In this document: piece by piece, positions 50,569 to 64,000 of the stretch
Position numbering within the stretch: the stretch's first letter is position 1
Layout: the number at the start of each line of letters is the position of its first letter
Origin: Phoronis australis
Lineage: Eukaryota; Animalia; Phoronida
Direction: 5' to 3'
DNA length: 64,000 nucleotides
Assembly: GCA_002633005.1 (NCBI GenBank)
Contig: NMRA01000726.1
Coordinates: forward strand, 101,873-165,872
Made by a program: the position numbers and the translations under genes
The notes under the pieces: model-generated
Told to the model about the DNA's origin: nothing
The model's input: the letters and a program-made list of their open reading frames with translations, nothing else
Databases searched by the model: none

Positions 50569-51690
50569 TTGCTTTTCTCGTAGTCTTAACTCTCGAAGAG
50601 TATTTAGAGTTCGTTTTTTATCGAGTACTAGTGAATGACAAGATCAGTCGGAGTAAGCTCTTTCGTGTCAAGAATGTAGCATTCCCCGTTCGTGGTAAGG
50701 ATAAAGCGAAGTAAAACTATTATCGTGTGTGCGACCATTCTTACCTGCCGTTGTATTGCGATCATGGAATAACGAGGCACATGCTAAACATGTTCTGAAC
50801 AGAAGAAGGTTGATCGATATAATGTCGATGTATCCACGAAGTTGCAACGTGCACGTAAACAGTCGCCACAGCGTGAGCAGCCACATTCACCATCTGTGTG
50901 ACATTTGTGGTCGTCAGCTCCAACTATTTCCCGTGTAATGGAGATCAAGCAGTGGCTAAATCCCACTTCAGGCTCCATTTTGGATTGTCCGAGCACACTC
51001 GCCGAAAGTAAAAAACAACGGCAATCTTTATGAACTAGTAATAGTGTGCAAGCAACGGGTGTCCACAATAAATCGTGCCACGAAAATGCTGACGGGGAGA
51101 GTTTTGTCACTTCCGGTGTGACGCTCGCGCGGAAACTTGATTTGGAAATTTGTCTAGGATAACAGGATTATCGTAATTTAATAAGAAATGACGCTGAAAT
51201 GTTTGCTTTCTGATATATACTTTTTAAGGAATATCTTGGCCGCCTCCCAGCTGGCGGTGACCGACTTCTGTTTGCGCGATATATGAGAAAACGTAATACC
51301 CTCTATTACCTATTTATTTTATGTATTAACCTGCTAATTTTATTTTTAAATGTCAGTGGTATTAGTCGCTGGCTCTCGTTTCTATTATCATTTAAAGGTA
51401 GCATTAAATTAATGGTATTGTGCCGTTTTGTAACAGCTATTTCTAGGTGCCTTCATACCGTAGAAGTCGTGTCTTCCACCACACGGCGATTCACTGGCAT
51501 TCGTCTCGTGTTATCGAACTTCCACTCATTGATCAACGAGCGTTTAGGATTTAAAAACCCGTGTAAAGGACAATTTGGTCTTTAAGTTGTTACCGATTGA
51601 TAAACAAACAGATAGTTTGCGTATCATATCCTTGCAGTCGGAATAAGGGCGGACTCAGTACTTAGCATTTCTTAAACAACTTGTCTTCAT

Positions 51691-51845
51691 CACTGGTGGA
51701 TTTAAGTTGGGGGGAGGGCCGGAGGCATGGCCTCCACTAAAATTCTCCCGTATTCCATCTAGCACTGCGGGGGTGCGAACGTCTGACGGGCAAAATGCTG
51801 CCTAATACTGTGCCCTCCAACTCATAATCCTGGATCCGTTCCCTG
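51691..51845. mobile_element. MITE, related family
   Basis: ttcat|cactggtggatttaag ... cctggatccgttccctg|ttgat. Confidence 0.65.
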
Positions 51846-52397
51846 TTGATTATTGCCGAAACGGTACAAAGTTCTTACTTGTCGTCCAAAGTACATTTTT
51901 TTGATTCAGATTTGAAGTATAATTTTCCGGCAGTACCTATTCGGAAGTGATTCAATATTCCGAGTTCCAAAATTCTAATATAGTCAAAACGAAAATCAGA
52001 TCGAAAATGTAAACAAAGACACGGTTCATCATAACATGTATCAATATCGAAAAATCGTCTTTGCCAATTCTCATCCTATTCTAATTCAATGTTGGAACTG
52101 GAAACTGGCCTGTTGTATCAAACTTGTCAAAAGTTCATTCTTCTCAATCTGGTCAATGCTGTCACAAATCTGTATGGTTTTTCATGCATTTTCAAATTCT
52201 TGGTTGCGTTGTGTCGCATTTAATGCAGTGGCGGATCTAGGATACCTTAACGCGCATAGCGCCGAATAGGGGGAGGTCGGGAGGAGGGATTCCCCCCTAC
52301 CGCCCAGGACAAAATTTTGTTTTTGCCTCTAAACACAAGCATTTTCCTTGATTTCTGACGTGTTATCACAGGAAAAAAAGCTGAGAACGTGTAAAAC

Positions 52398-52545
52398 TGG
52401 TTGCTACGGACTTGAATTCACGTCCTGCCTGCCAGAGCGCGCGTGCTTTACCACCGCGCCACCACGCTTCCATAAAAATTATCATACTAAAAAACATACT
52501 TGTTTGTGGTCCACAGCGTTTGCGCGCGAAACCTGCATCTCACCA
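52398..52545 (-). repeat. tRNA-like element with conserved upstream leader; inverted partial copy at about 58538-58640
   Basis: Minus strand has tggcgcggtggtaa (A box) and gaattcaagtcc (B-like); tgtggtccacagcgtttgcgcgcgaaacct is present in both copies. Confidence 0.6.
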
Positions 52546-53261
52546 AGATCCGGCAAGGGGTTTAAGAGATACAGCTGCATACGCCGGACGCCCACACGTT
52601 AATATGTGAGCACATAAAAATTATATCTGAAGATTTATCCATTTTGTTTTTGCGTAGCTCACTCTACTCAAAGTTTTTAGAGTATTTGTCAAGAAACATT
52701 CGGAACAGATGTATTATACACACTAAGTACAGAACCAACGAATGTTTGTCATAGGGTTCATTTTAGCAACTTTATTATTCCTTTGCCTTTTAGAAACAGA
52801 ATTGGTGGAAATTATAACATTAACGGTTGAGAAATAACTAAAATATAAAACTCCTTGCATGCGGTTGTTCTTCTAGGCGTTGACGACTCAATAATACAAA
52901 GATGTTTACTCCAATATGATCTACCATATTTTTAAGCAGTATTCCAGACGGCATGGGTCTTAGTATTTATCTTGATCGGTCCAATTTTTTGTTGAACACC
53001 CCGTACAACAGGAGTGAAGGGCACTGTTGGATAGCATCACCAACAGCAATAATGACAGTCACACTATTGCTAGACCGGTTAATGTTTGTGTGTTTAGGAC
53101 CATTGACTGTATTTCCTCCGTACTAACTACTATTAGTAATACTACCAAGAAATGAATCTTCGAAACCCTATGTAATTTATTGGAATTAAAATCAATTTTT
53201 GATGAATTATGAAACAGGATTGATTTTTATTTTTATTTTAAATTGGGTTGCATTAATTAAA

Positions 53262-53365
53262 TAGAATTGAATTTACGAAACAGGATTTTAATTAGAATTG
53301 AATTTACGAAACAGGATTTTAATTAGAATTGAATTTATTGAATAGAGTTGAATTTACAAAGCAGA
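53262..53365. repeat. ~31-bp tandem repeat (tagaattgaatttacgaaacaggattttaat)
   Basis: Two near-perfect units plus degenerate ones. Confidence 0.8.
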
Positions 53366-55190
53366 ATTCATTTTCTTTTTCACAATTTTTGCCATTTCCG
53401 ACCCTACAAATTCAGTTGACATTGCGAGGGAAAGTGTGTACTTGATTGGTCGGGTTGGGGAGAGTCTGATTGGCTAAACCGGCCGATCAGCGCCACCTTG
53501 AGACTTTGGGAGCAAGGTTCTTCTGCTCTTGACTCATGTGGAGTCTGCCAAAGAGACGGACCTGCGTTAATTCAAAGTGCCGTATTCAAAGAGACACATA
53601 AGGTATACCTTAAAGTCTTAGCCAGTTAAGGTGAACCTTATACCTGTGGACTCTTAGAATACAGCCCTAAGGGGTTATCCCAAATGAGCTACGCCGGAGG
53701 CTGCGGGATGCTCGTCAGCGGGCCCAACTGAGACTCAAAGTGATTCCACTTCCAGGCAGCGGTTTTTCCCAAAATGAGCTTGGATTTTCCGTGCGCCGAG
53801 AGATGTGTTTTCGGAGTTCTAAAATGTTTCTGGAAAATGTGAGGTACGTGTGGAATAACTTTAGTATTTTTGAGACCGAAGCGTTTTGGTCTAAAACATT
53901 TTCGGTAACTTTGAAGCTACTGTATTCATCAAGGTCACTCGCCAAGAGAGTGAATGGTGCATTGCTGATTGCCTTGTTCGCTTTTTACGTTGTGTGTTAA
54001 TGCAGCATAACCTTCATACCATAGATCAATAAACGGTCGAACTGTGTGCGAGTGCAGAGTTTGGCTGAAGCACAACATCAAATCAAAATGACGGTGCATT
54101 AAGTCATTAGCACTTCATCACTGATACATTAAACCTCGGTTAAGTCGGACGCGCTTAAATCTTTTCTTCGCTCAGTTCGGACAAAGCTCTGTGGAACGGT
54201 TGACCTAGCTTTACTTCCTTAGTTCCTTAGTAAAATCATACATGTATACCGCGGGTTTCTTTTAAGATTTTCTTTTTCTCGCAATTGTTGCCCTTTCCGA
54301 CCCTCATAGATAATTAAGAAACCAGGCTACGAAATTCAGATGACATCGCGAGTGAAAGTTCAAATAACGAATATGGTTATAGCAAATTGAACGAAAACAA
54401 GTTTTCACCGAATACTTAAGCAAAGACCTTGAGATTTTCACGTCTCAAAAGTAATCGGCTTTTAATTCCGATGCCCGATTTCATCAATTCGACTGTACGA
54501 GACATAAAAAGCGTTCAAGCAATGAATTCCAAGTGAAAAATATGAGGCCGTTGTTAATTCATGTTTATTTTCATAATAAAAAGGGATCGGTAATTACAGT
54601 AATTGCAGCTCAGTTTGTTGATAATATCACAAAATAAACAGTTAGCTCACCACGCGTTCTCAGCTTCCGATCGTCCCTAATACACTACTAATACTACAAG
54701 GTATGACTCTCGGGACTAGGAATTCCGCGGTTGCTTCACTTCGGTCATCCACATCAAACACAAATTTGAATAAATTTACTTCACAAAACAGGGATTCAAC
54801 AAACCATGAGCAATTTTTCTTTTTCCCAATGCCATTCAGTACAGCGTCCTGCTCCAGAGAGTTCGCAACAAATTCGCGATCAAACACAAAACTCTTCCTA
54901 AAACGCCGATGAGACTCAGTTCCGGCGTGAGCAATTATGAGACTTACGGTAAGACTAAGGTTTTCTCCAAATGAGCTACGAGACTGAATGAGGCTTCTCT
55001 AGTTGGGCGGTTTTGGGGATTCAAAAACCATTTGACAAAGATTTCAGAAATGCTATTGGTTTATGTTCAAATTTGTTATAACTTAACTTTTATTTTTGAC
55101 AGCACAGCCCAGTCAGGGTAGATACGATCTAATTGGAGATTAGAGCAATTATCTGCCCTCCAACCATAAATACCAGAATGGAGTTAATCA

Positions 55191-55313
55191 CAGTGGCGGA
55201 TCTAGGATAAAACAAGGGGGGCCAAACATTTTGTCTGAAAACATTTATGCATTTTCCTTGATTCCTGAAGTATTATCCACGAAAAAAGGTAAAGAAAAAG
55301 AAATCCGCCTATG
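55191..55313. mobile_element. MITE, same family, 5-bp TSD
   Basis: aatca|cagtggcggatctagg ... aaatccgcctatg|aatca. Confidence 0.8.
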
Positions 55314-55842
55314 AATCAGTCGTGTAAGATACTGGATACAGGGTAAACTTCCCAAGTTGTTGTTGGGCTATAGAATCGAACAAGTTGTGAGCAACGGGAA
55401 AACGCTGTAACGATACACTGTCCCCCCAACTCAAAATTCTTGTTTCCGTCCCTGTAAAGACCACTCGCCTTGGAGTGAATGATGCATTGTTACGACACGA
55501 CTGGTTAACAACACCGAGAACATAATTTTTAATTAAATGGGCGAATAACAATGTAGTGCAAAGTTGAAGGCCATACTCATCGTCTGCAAACCAAAACTTC
55601 ATCTCGAACAATCCGGAACGCTTCGCGTCCAAAGCAGCGTCATGTACGTTCTCCCAGTCAGAAGGACAAGCAAACAAGTTTTTAAACGGACCCATCTTCG
55701 GTGGCAAATTCCATATCCACGAGCGTTCATTCAAAAGGAGACGTCTCCCGGATCAGACCTTAAATTTTAGATGGTCCTATTAAAAAGGTCATCGTGTACT
55801 GTGGCCTAAAATGATAGAAGATTCCTCTTGTAAGAACACCGT

Positions 55843-56020
55843 CAGTGGCGGATTTAGGGGGGAGGCAAGGGGGCCATGCCTCCCCTAAAGTTCTCTCCCA
55901 CAAACCCAAAAGTTCAAGACCCCCTACATTTTAGGCTGGGTGAGCGCTTGTGGCGAAATTCTGGTTATTCCTGTGCCATGCCCCCCACCCACCTAACTCA
56001 AAATCCTGGATCCGCCCCTG
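55843..56020. mobile_element. MITE, related family
   Basis: cagtggcggatttagg ... cctggatccgcccctg; flanks accgt/atcat form a degenerate TSD. Confidence 0.7.
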
Positions 56021-59000
56021 ATCATTGCTTACAAATCATTCCAATACGGAAGGGTTTCTTTCAGGGTTATCAACAAATGTACTGGCTCACATGCAGCAAC
56101 GTGCACGTCCATGGTTGAATAATGAAATTAGAAAAAACAACAATGAATGAAGACTGAAAAAAGATGATCCCAAAGTATCGGACTGAAAATGTTTCTGCTT
56201 TCAAAATTAACAGGGCGATTGAATTTTCACTCTAAGTGACACAGATTCCTATCTCTGGAGTTGAGCGTTTGACAGCTTCTCCTTTTTATGATTGGACTCT
56301 GATCTAGGAATTAAATTAACAGCAGCAAGACCCAAATAACTAGACCAAAAACATTCAGTCCAAAACTTGATTGAACAGTATTTGTGAAAGCCGACACGTG
56401 AATAAGACTATCGTGCGAGGTGTGATTCTCATCTGGGATGAGTTGCATCGAGAAGCCACTGAGACTGGTCAATTATATTTTAAAGGAGTGTTTAGGTGAA
56501 TCCCCTTATTTCAGTCGAAGTTTACGATGATGGAATTTTACTTTTGCATATTGATTGATGTTTACAATTGACTAGACACCTCTATTAAAGAGTATTTTAA
56601 TACATTTGCAGCGCAAATTCGCCTTTAAAATGCGCTTCACACGCCCAGACTTTGGATTCTGCCGGGTCTCGGGCGCAAGGAATCCCAAACGAACTAACTA
56701 ACTGTTTCTTTTTTGGGTCTATATATTCTGAACGTTTTTCGGCGTATTTTTCAAGCTCAGATGTTTTTCTTGGGTGATTCTGGTCAAAGCGGAGATGACG
56801 ACAGAAGCTAATCGTAGCCCGATGTAAATCTGTAGATCACTCTCTGTAAGTTGTCACCGTGGTTGTCTCGTATACGGCGATATAATAATCTCGCTGGTTC
56901 CCTGCGTGCTTAGCCCAGCCAGCACGCAGGTATCACCTAGTGGCACGCGCTTTAGCATTGGTCGATGTAATCTTGGCAGTCATTGGTTAGCTTTACAACA
57001 CCTTGAAAAAATGGCGGACTGTGAACGATTTTTAGCCTTGTCATGCAAGTGGCGTCGCAGCAACTATTTCGTTTCTGCAGTGATGTTTAATAGCCGCGTG
57101 CTTGAAACACATACATGCACAATAAACACACATTATGTGGCCGATTTAACCGGTGTGTTATTCATAGTGTATAAGGACATTATCGTAAACAAAAGTCATC
57201 GACAGTAGAAAGATGCATTCCGAAAAGGCTCAGTCACAATTTCTAGGCTTCACATTTCCTGAACATAAATTTTAAGCACCGATTTGTCTGTACAACAGAC
57301 CACATTTACACTTCAGTCCATCAGCCATGCCAGTTTGTTTGCGCAAAGCGCTGCCTGTTGACGAATCGACTAGCCAATCAGAAACGCCGGTGTAAAAAAA
57401 TTTACAGAGGAAATTTAAGTGATACCTGCGTGCTGGCGCGGCTACCGCCCCACCTAGCGGCACGCAGGGAACCAGCGAGACCGACTAATACGAGTACACA
57501 ACACTGCAGTAATTTCTATCGCTTAAGAGCAGTCGAGCTTAAGATACTAAATAGATCGGTGCTGGTGGCTCCAACGATTCCCGTTACACGTACGGAATAA
57601 CCAGCGATATCTTTTGGATCACCGCTTGTCGTGTTCGCTTCCAACCACAATATCTTCGAATTCCTGGTTGCCTTGGTGTCGCAGATCATCATTCAGTGTA
57701 GTACGTTTATGAACGAAAATGTTGAGATTTTGTTTAGGGGAAGTGGGGGGAGGACAAAGTTCAGCAGGGCCGGGGGGATCACGTTTACGGCTTAGCCTTT
57801 TTCCCCGGCCAGGCGCATCCGGTGTCAACGCCTTGTACCGATTTCGTGGCGCGGGTCGTGGTCGTAATCTGTTTGCACAACGCTCATTGACAATAGTCAT
57901 GGTCACGTGACCATGAATAACTAGGCACAGGCGGATTTAGGGGGGGCCCACGGGGCCCGCGCCCCCCCCCCATTGGATGCCGCAAAAAATAAAACAGTAA
58001 GAGCGTACGGAAATGGTGAGTTATTTAATTAACCCCGGTAATTAAAATTATACGGATAACAAAAGATTTAAATGTGTGCAGTTTTAGTGTTGCGGGGGGA
58101 GGCTCAAATCCAATTTCAAGTGTCAAATTCGGAACACGGCGCATTCGTAACGGAACTATGACTAAGTATAGGCTTTCCCGCGATATCCCAGGCGACCGGC
58201 AGTGGCGCTGCGCACTACGACTCCGTTTCCGTCGTCTGCTCCACTGTGCAATGAAGAAAATTTACTTCATTTTTTAAAGAAAATGGAACCTGATTGACGA
58301 TGAAAAAACAGAAGCTGCTGGTAAGATGTGAATTTTAGTCGAAGCCCTAGTAAATCACTCAGAAACTTGCAATACTCTCTTTGTCAAACCTTATCCAAAG
58401 CAATCCCGTCATTATTGCCAACACGAAAAACGGATTTGGTTGGTCTTTTGGGCATTAAAGACTATTTTAAATACGACAAATTTGTTAAGAATTGATGGCA
58501 CAAAATATAAAACGCGTAATAAGCATTACAAAAAGAAGTAGGTTTCGCGCGCAAACGCTGTGGACCACATACAAGTAGGTCTCTCAGTATGAGATTAGTA
58601 GTTAAATCGTGGTGGTGTAGTGGTAACGCGGGCGCGCTCGCAAACGCGACCCAGTCGCAAAATTACCTTTTTTACTCTCGCGACATCTAGCGACCAGATA
58701 GCGTTTTGATGACATGCGCGTTAATAGAATGACCCGAGTGTTCACAAGTTATATAGGAAGTAAACTCTTGCGGAGGTCGGTTTTGTTTTTGTTTTCAAAT
58801 TACACTGCAGTTGTATTCTTTGATAATTTGTAAAGGTGTAAACAAAAATACTCCAAGTATATGGCCTTTGTGCTTATGATATACCTCGCATTTTGGCTGA
58901 TATAACTTTCGACATAAGTAATTGGCTTGTAAAATGCACACTTTATCTATTCATCAGTCTTGCACAGTCGGTCACAAAGCCGATGTTATGTTTATTTGAT

Positions 59001-59136
59001 GCCGCATGGTTGTCAATACTTGCATTTGAAGACAACATGTTCATCTAATCAGATTTTGAATTTGTCAATGCCCCAATAACATGCAGTGCTGCGAACACAA
59101 ACCAATTTGCAAATGTGAGGAACTGGCCGTACTAAT

Positions 59137-59448
59137 CAGTGGCGGATCTAGGATACCATAAACGGGTGCCCAACATGTTGCCTCGGGATATTGTGCAAGG
59201 TGTGATTGGCAATTGCATGTTTGTAAGCGGCCCAAAAGGTGAGGGAATCAGCCCACGGAGGTGCACCTTCCGTTCAGGAAAATCTACCATTCGACTATCG
59301 ATTAAAAAAAGGAGCAGCCACTCCGCGGCAACTTGGACGTTTAGCGCTACCGGTCCTACTTCCTAGACTCAAAATTTCCTCACGCTCCCCACTGTTTCTC
59401 TTTCATTTGCTTGCGGTAGTTAGGGGGGGGGGCCTAAATCCGCCTATG
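59137..59448. mobile_element. MITE with cagtggcggatctagg TIR and 5-bp TSD
   Basis: ctaat|cagtggcggatctagg ... cctaaatccgcctatg|ctaat. Confidence 0.85.
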
Positions 59449-62400
59449 CTAATTCCCATGAATTCTGAAGGTGTTTCTTTAGTCAAGAGGTAGTTCTTTG
59501 TGGTAAATGGAAATGTAATTCTATCAAGGTAAAAACTATAAAAACATTTTATAAGCGTAAAGCGAGGTCGCATTTCATTTCTTACAGCTAAATGTTGTGC
59601 AATGAAGCCTAAAGTCAAAAATAAAACTTACATGTAGGCTAATTTCAACATTCTGAGCACCATAAAACTTAGTGTAAGAAGAAATATTGTATTTACCATC
59701 AGAGAAAACAACATAGGATTTGTAGTTTGCAGGTGATTCATTTTATTTTACATTGTTTCATGACACGTAAGAACCATCTTTAAGCCAGGATCTGTATTTC
59801 TAGATATACAATATTAGTTAGCATTGATGAGACTTATTCAAAGCAGACATATGCAGAACAAACGAAGTCTCAAACAACTGAGGAAGAATAAAAATGATCA
59901 TTGCATAATTTGAAATAAAAATCTCATACACACTGAATAGTGGACCATAGTCGGATATGGCATAACCTAACTTTTGAGAACCAGTTTGATGCCTAAATTA
60001 TTCAGTGGAGAAACTAGTTCACAAAATGCACCACATCTGACTTAACCCTGTGTCTTATCCACGTGCAACTCACAATTTTCAACCTGTTGCAACATTTTGA
60101 GTACAATTACAAATTTCGAAATACATATTTTACAAATATTAGACTTTATTATTTAGAAAGACAATTATGCCCACTATAGTGTACATTTTCAGAAAAAAAT
60201 AGTTTTGCAATACAAATAATTACGTGCACACAACTAATAGAATGGCAAGTCAATGAGTAACTTGTTATTAAATAGGTGTAGCTTATAAATGAATGCCCCT
60301 CTGACTTACATCTCAAATAAAGTTAAACTTTTTTTATTGAACAACATACTTTTCCTTGTTCTGTGGATGATGCTAAAGAGGGCTTCAAGTTATGCATTCA
60401 GCAGTGATTGCTCAAAACAACCAACCACCTTCCAAATGAACAACCCATCCCCTCAAAACAGATGTATTTTTATCCTAAAATATAATTACAAATAATTTAC
60501 ACCAAAACAAAAGCAACACTGAGTACTGAGAATGGATGTTGATTGTTATCAAATATTGATGCAGAATATGTTAAAAAAACAACATCAGTTGTGTTGTTGT
60601 CAACACTTTCCAACATTTGAGCACTTTGGAAATAAACTGGCATCTAAACTGATGCGAAAATAATAAATAAGACCAGTAGGTGACACAGAATACAACTTAT
60701 CCATCTGAAAATAAAATAAGAACTGTAATCAATTGAAAATCAAGCTTTACAATGATTGGTGAAATACCTGTAGATAAACAGTAATTATTAAACACCATTT
60801 TGCTAATGTTTAGTAGTAAATCCTGAATTCTTAACCCAAGTCCTTTGGAGTTTAAAACATCACCATGTTCATTATATAGTTCTTGAGTCATTTGAATCGG
60901 CAACTCTAGATGTGCTGCCATGTTGGAGTTTGAAGCCTGATAGATTGAAGCCAGAATTTTATGCATCTTTTAATCAAAACTGTTAGCTCTTATGATTGAA
61001 CTTTATAAAAATACAAGACGGATACCTACAATAGTAAGTTAAAGGCTATGATCAGAAACGGAAGATGCATTTGAGCCGCATAATACTGGGCAACGCATAT
61101 TTTACATAATGTATATTAAAAGTGAATCAAACATTGAGAATCATTAACATATTCTGCATCAAGTAGTAGTTAATATTTGATAACAATTAAGCAACAGTTA
61201 GTTTCCCACAATAAAAATGAGTGTCTTGTTTTTGAAGTAATTAATATCTAAAGTCATTCATTTGATTGTTTGCTGGAGTACCAAGCTAGACAAAACCATT
61301 CCACCTCAGAGGGAGGTGGATTGTCCTCAATAATATTTTCACATTTGAAATGAAACCAGTCGTATCATCTGTCACATTGAATGGATGGTTGAATTCCCTC
61401 ATCTGGGTCCTTGCATTCTAAGTCACATACGGAACACAAGAATTGTTTCAAACTTGTTTTTGGCCCATGCTTTAACGGTTTAGAGGAAAGCTTATGCTTT
61501 GCAATTTTTGCCAAACCAGGTTTCTTAGAATTCTACAAGTCTTATAGTTTTTTAATTGGAAAGTAAGGCATAGGAGACAAACAAGCATCTTTATCCTCAA
61601 ATGTAGAAGATGTGATAGAATGCTTTTTGAGATGGTTGCAGAATTTTTGGAGATTTTTGGAAAATACAATTCACTTCTTCTTTATAACAATACATAAATC
61701 TTCCCTTCCTATGATTGGACTGAATGCATTTGTTCAGGCTACCCTCATTAGTAAAACAGAACAGTGTAAGTCAGAAAGCACGCTTGGCACTGAATCATTA
61801 CAGAAAGTTCTTTTTACAATTTTGACTCTAATTTTGTGGATGGGTGTTTGAGATGGGAAGACGAGTAATCTGGAATATGAGGCACAGTACTCATATACAA
61901 TTTGTTTTAGTCTGTTTCCTGGTTTCTGAATGATAACACAACATACAGGTGTTTAAAAAAAGTATGGTTTCCCTATAACAATAAATGACAAACAAGTGCA
62001 AAAGTGCACAAATAATATTTACAAATATTGTGACCAGCAAGCAGCACGTGATACTCTTCAGGGATGTAAAATTTGGTCTTTTCTCTGTTAATTTGAAGCA
62101 ACATTCCCACCAGGTCCTTATTGGTTCTATTAACTGGAGCATCATTATATCCATGTTCGGAAATGCTAGTTTGTACCACAGAAGGACTGAAAGTAGAAAG
62201 CGTGAGTGAATTATTCTCAAAAGATAATGGATGGAAATTCACCATCTGTCCACATGTAACATTTGCCATCCTTTTCTAAAAGTTTCACTCACACTCGCCT
62301 TCAAGAACCGATGTATAACACAGTTCACGAATCAAACAGTTTGGTATCAACATGGGTTAACAGCACAGTTGATATGCAGACATGATTGGTGCATCTCCAA

Positions 62401-63749
62401 CGTGAAGGGAGTAGATCACTTTCACGTGTTATTACCAAGCAGACTCTTTGTAAAATACAGTCAACTATCACTTGTGTTAATGTTAACTAGTTACGTATAT
62501 CTTAAACCCAAGCTTAAATAAATTTTACTGATGATAGTCACTCTAATCAAAAATACAGTACAACCTGTGTGTGGACTTTAAAATACTGTGGCCAATTAAG
62601 TCATGTAGTTATCACTGTTCCTTAAAAGATCAAAGGGCAGGCAATAAGTGGCCTAAATCACAATTTAGTTTTTTCAACAAACCCCGGACTTGGTGAGTGT
62701 AGGTATAGGTAAAGCTTATCAGGGTGTGGGTAGATACAACAAAAGAGACATTAGCACAAGTGCTACTTACAGATGGAAAATACATGCTTATAGAATTATT
62801 TACACAGAGGTACACATAGATGATACACATGCAAAAAACATACTATGTATACAACTAATACAAGCCTTAGTCAAAAACCTAATGGTTGAGTTGTAAATTT
62901 ACTTCCAGTGAATTCTATGAGTCTCTGTTAGCCATGATCCATGAGAGTGAGCAATTGTATTTATTTTTTAAGTATTCCTGACAGAATTTGAAATGGGACC
63001 GTTTTATCCGACTATTACCACCACTCGCTAATGGGAAATTGCCCATTGGCTGAATGGTAAGCACAGTTGCCAGTTTTATCAGGGTTGCGGTTCGATACCC
63101 TGAGGTTGGATAACTACAATTGCCAACGCGATGCAACAAGACAGGACACAACATCGAAACGGTTCTGGCACATTGTAACATCTTATTGATGCAGGCAATT
63201 CGTTCCAGAGAAACATTTCAATTGAGACGTAATAATTTTATGGACTCGCCCTCATTCTCACTTGATGATTTATTGCAGGTCAAGCGTCTGGAAGTCTACA
63301 ACCTAATTCATGAGTTACTGGAACACTATCAAAATTAGACCTAATACACAACGAACGGTTACTAACTAAGCCAGGTTACAAAACAATTGTCTGCTTTAGA
63401 CCTTTGGCTTTAAACACGGAGCTCCAAACTCAGTAATGATAAATGATAAAATGAAATTATGCACTACTACGTAATTAAGCCTTTACAACTGTAATCTTGA
63501 ACACATTAAGAATTAGAAGGAATCACTAATTTTGTAATAGAAGATGCAAGGCAGGTAAATGTCGCTTGTATATTCGCTTTCAATCGCAGTCTGTTTCTGC
63601 ACCAGCAAATGCCAGAATCAGAAAGAGGTCAAAGAGCTACATCCGGTAATACGCTATCTGGGCGCTAGATGTCGCGAGAGTAAAAAAGGTGTAGATGTGC
63701 TTCCGGTGAATTATATGAGCCTCTGTTAGCTACTCGTTAACGGGCAAAT

Positions 63750-63822
63750 TGCCTATTAGCTGAATGGTTAGCATGCTTGCCGGTTTTATGGGGGTCGCTG
63801 GTTCGATCCCCGGGTCGGGTAA
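63750..63822 (+). mobile_element. tRNA-like element (second diverged copy at about 63040-63110)
   Basis: A box tagctgaatgg and B box ggttcgatccc; no complete cloverleaf. Confidence 0.55.
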
Positions 63823-64000
63823 TCTCGGCTATTACTACAAAGGTAATTTTGCGACTGGGTCGCGTTGGCGTGCGTTCAGTAGACGCTAGGACCTAGCTAA
63901 AGCCTAGTCAAAGACACGTGTTCTAATTTTAAATGCACGGCAATGTCTCACATAATCTCGCGAAGTCTTGCTTTTTAGTGAGGTCCCCGCAAAAAGGCCA

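Overview
AT-rich, intron-containing animal genomic DNA, not prokaryotic; the repeat landscape suggests a marine invertebrate, but that is inference. The main content is a + strand tandem cluster of three paralogous genes ending in a VPS9 (Rab5-family GEF) domain. Copy 1 has exons at 1695-2160, 5007-5582, 7335-7615 and 8648-9965 (about 876 aa from the ATG at 1705). Copy 2 has exons at 29964-30438, 34471-35049, 35664-35944 and 37431-38916 (about 936 aa). Copy 3 is N-terminally truncated but open, with exons at 45701-45832 and 46592-48068 (about 533 aa). The paralogs show patchwork blocks of near-identity suggesting gene conversion, a hypervariable acidic insert starting with a DSGxxS degron-like motif, and differing VPS9 switch-contact residues. 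Copy 3 has an ISRE/kappaB-like motif cluster upstream. An intron of copy 1 holds a ~145-bp-period, 3-mer higher-order repeat with a co-oriented CTCF-like motif in every monomer. The rest is a decayed LINE, several MITE families, tRNA-derived elements, hairpins, satellites, and four tandem 'duplications' that each abut a single N and are probably uncollapsed haplotypes.
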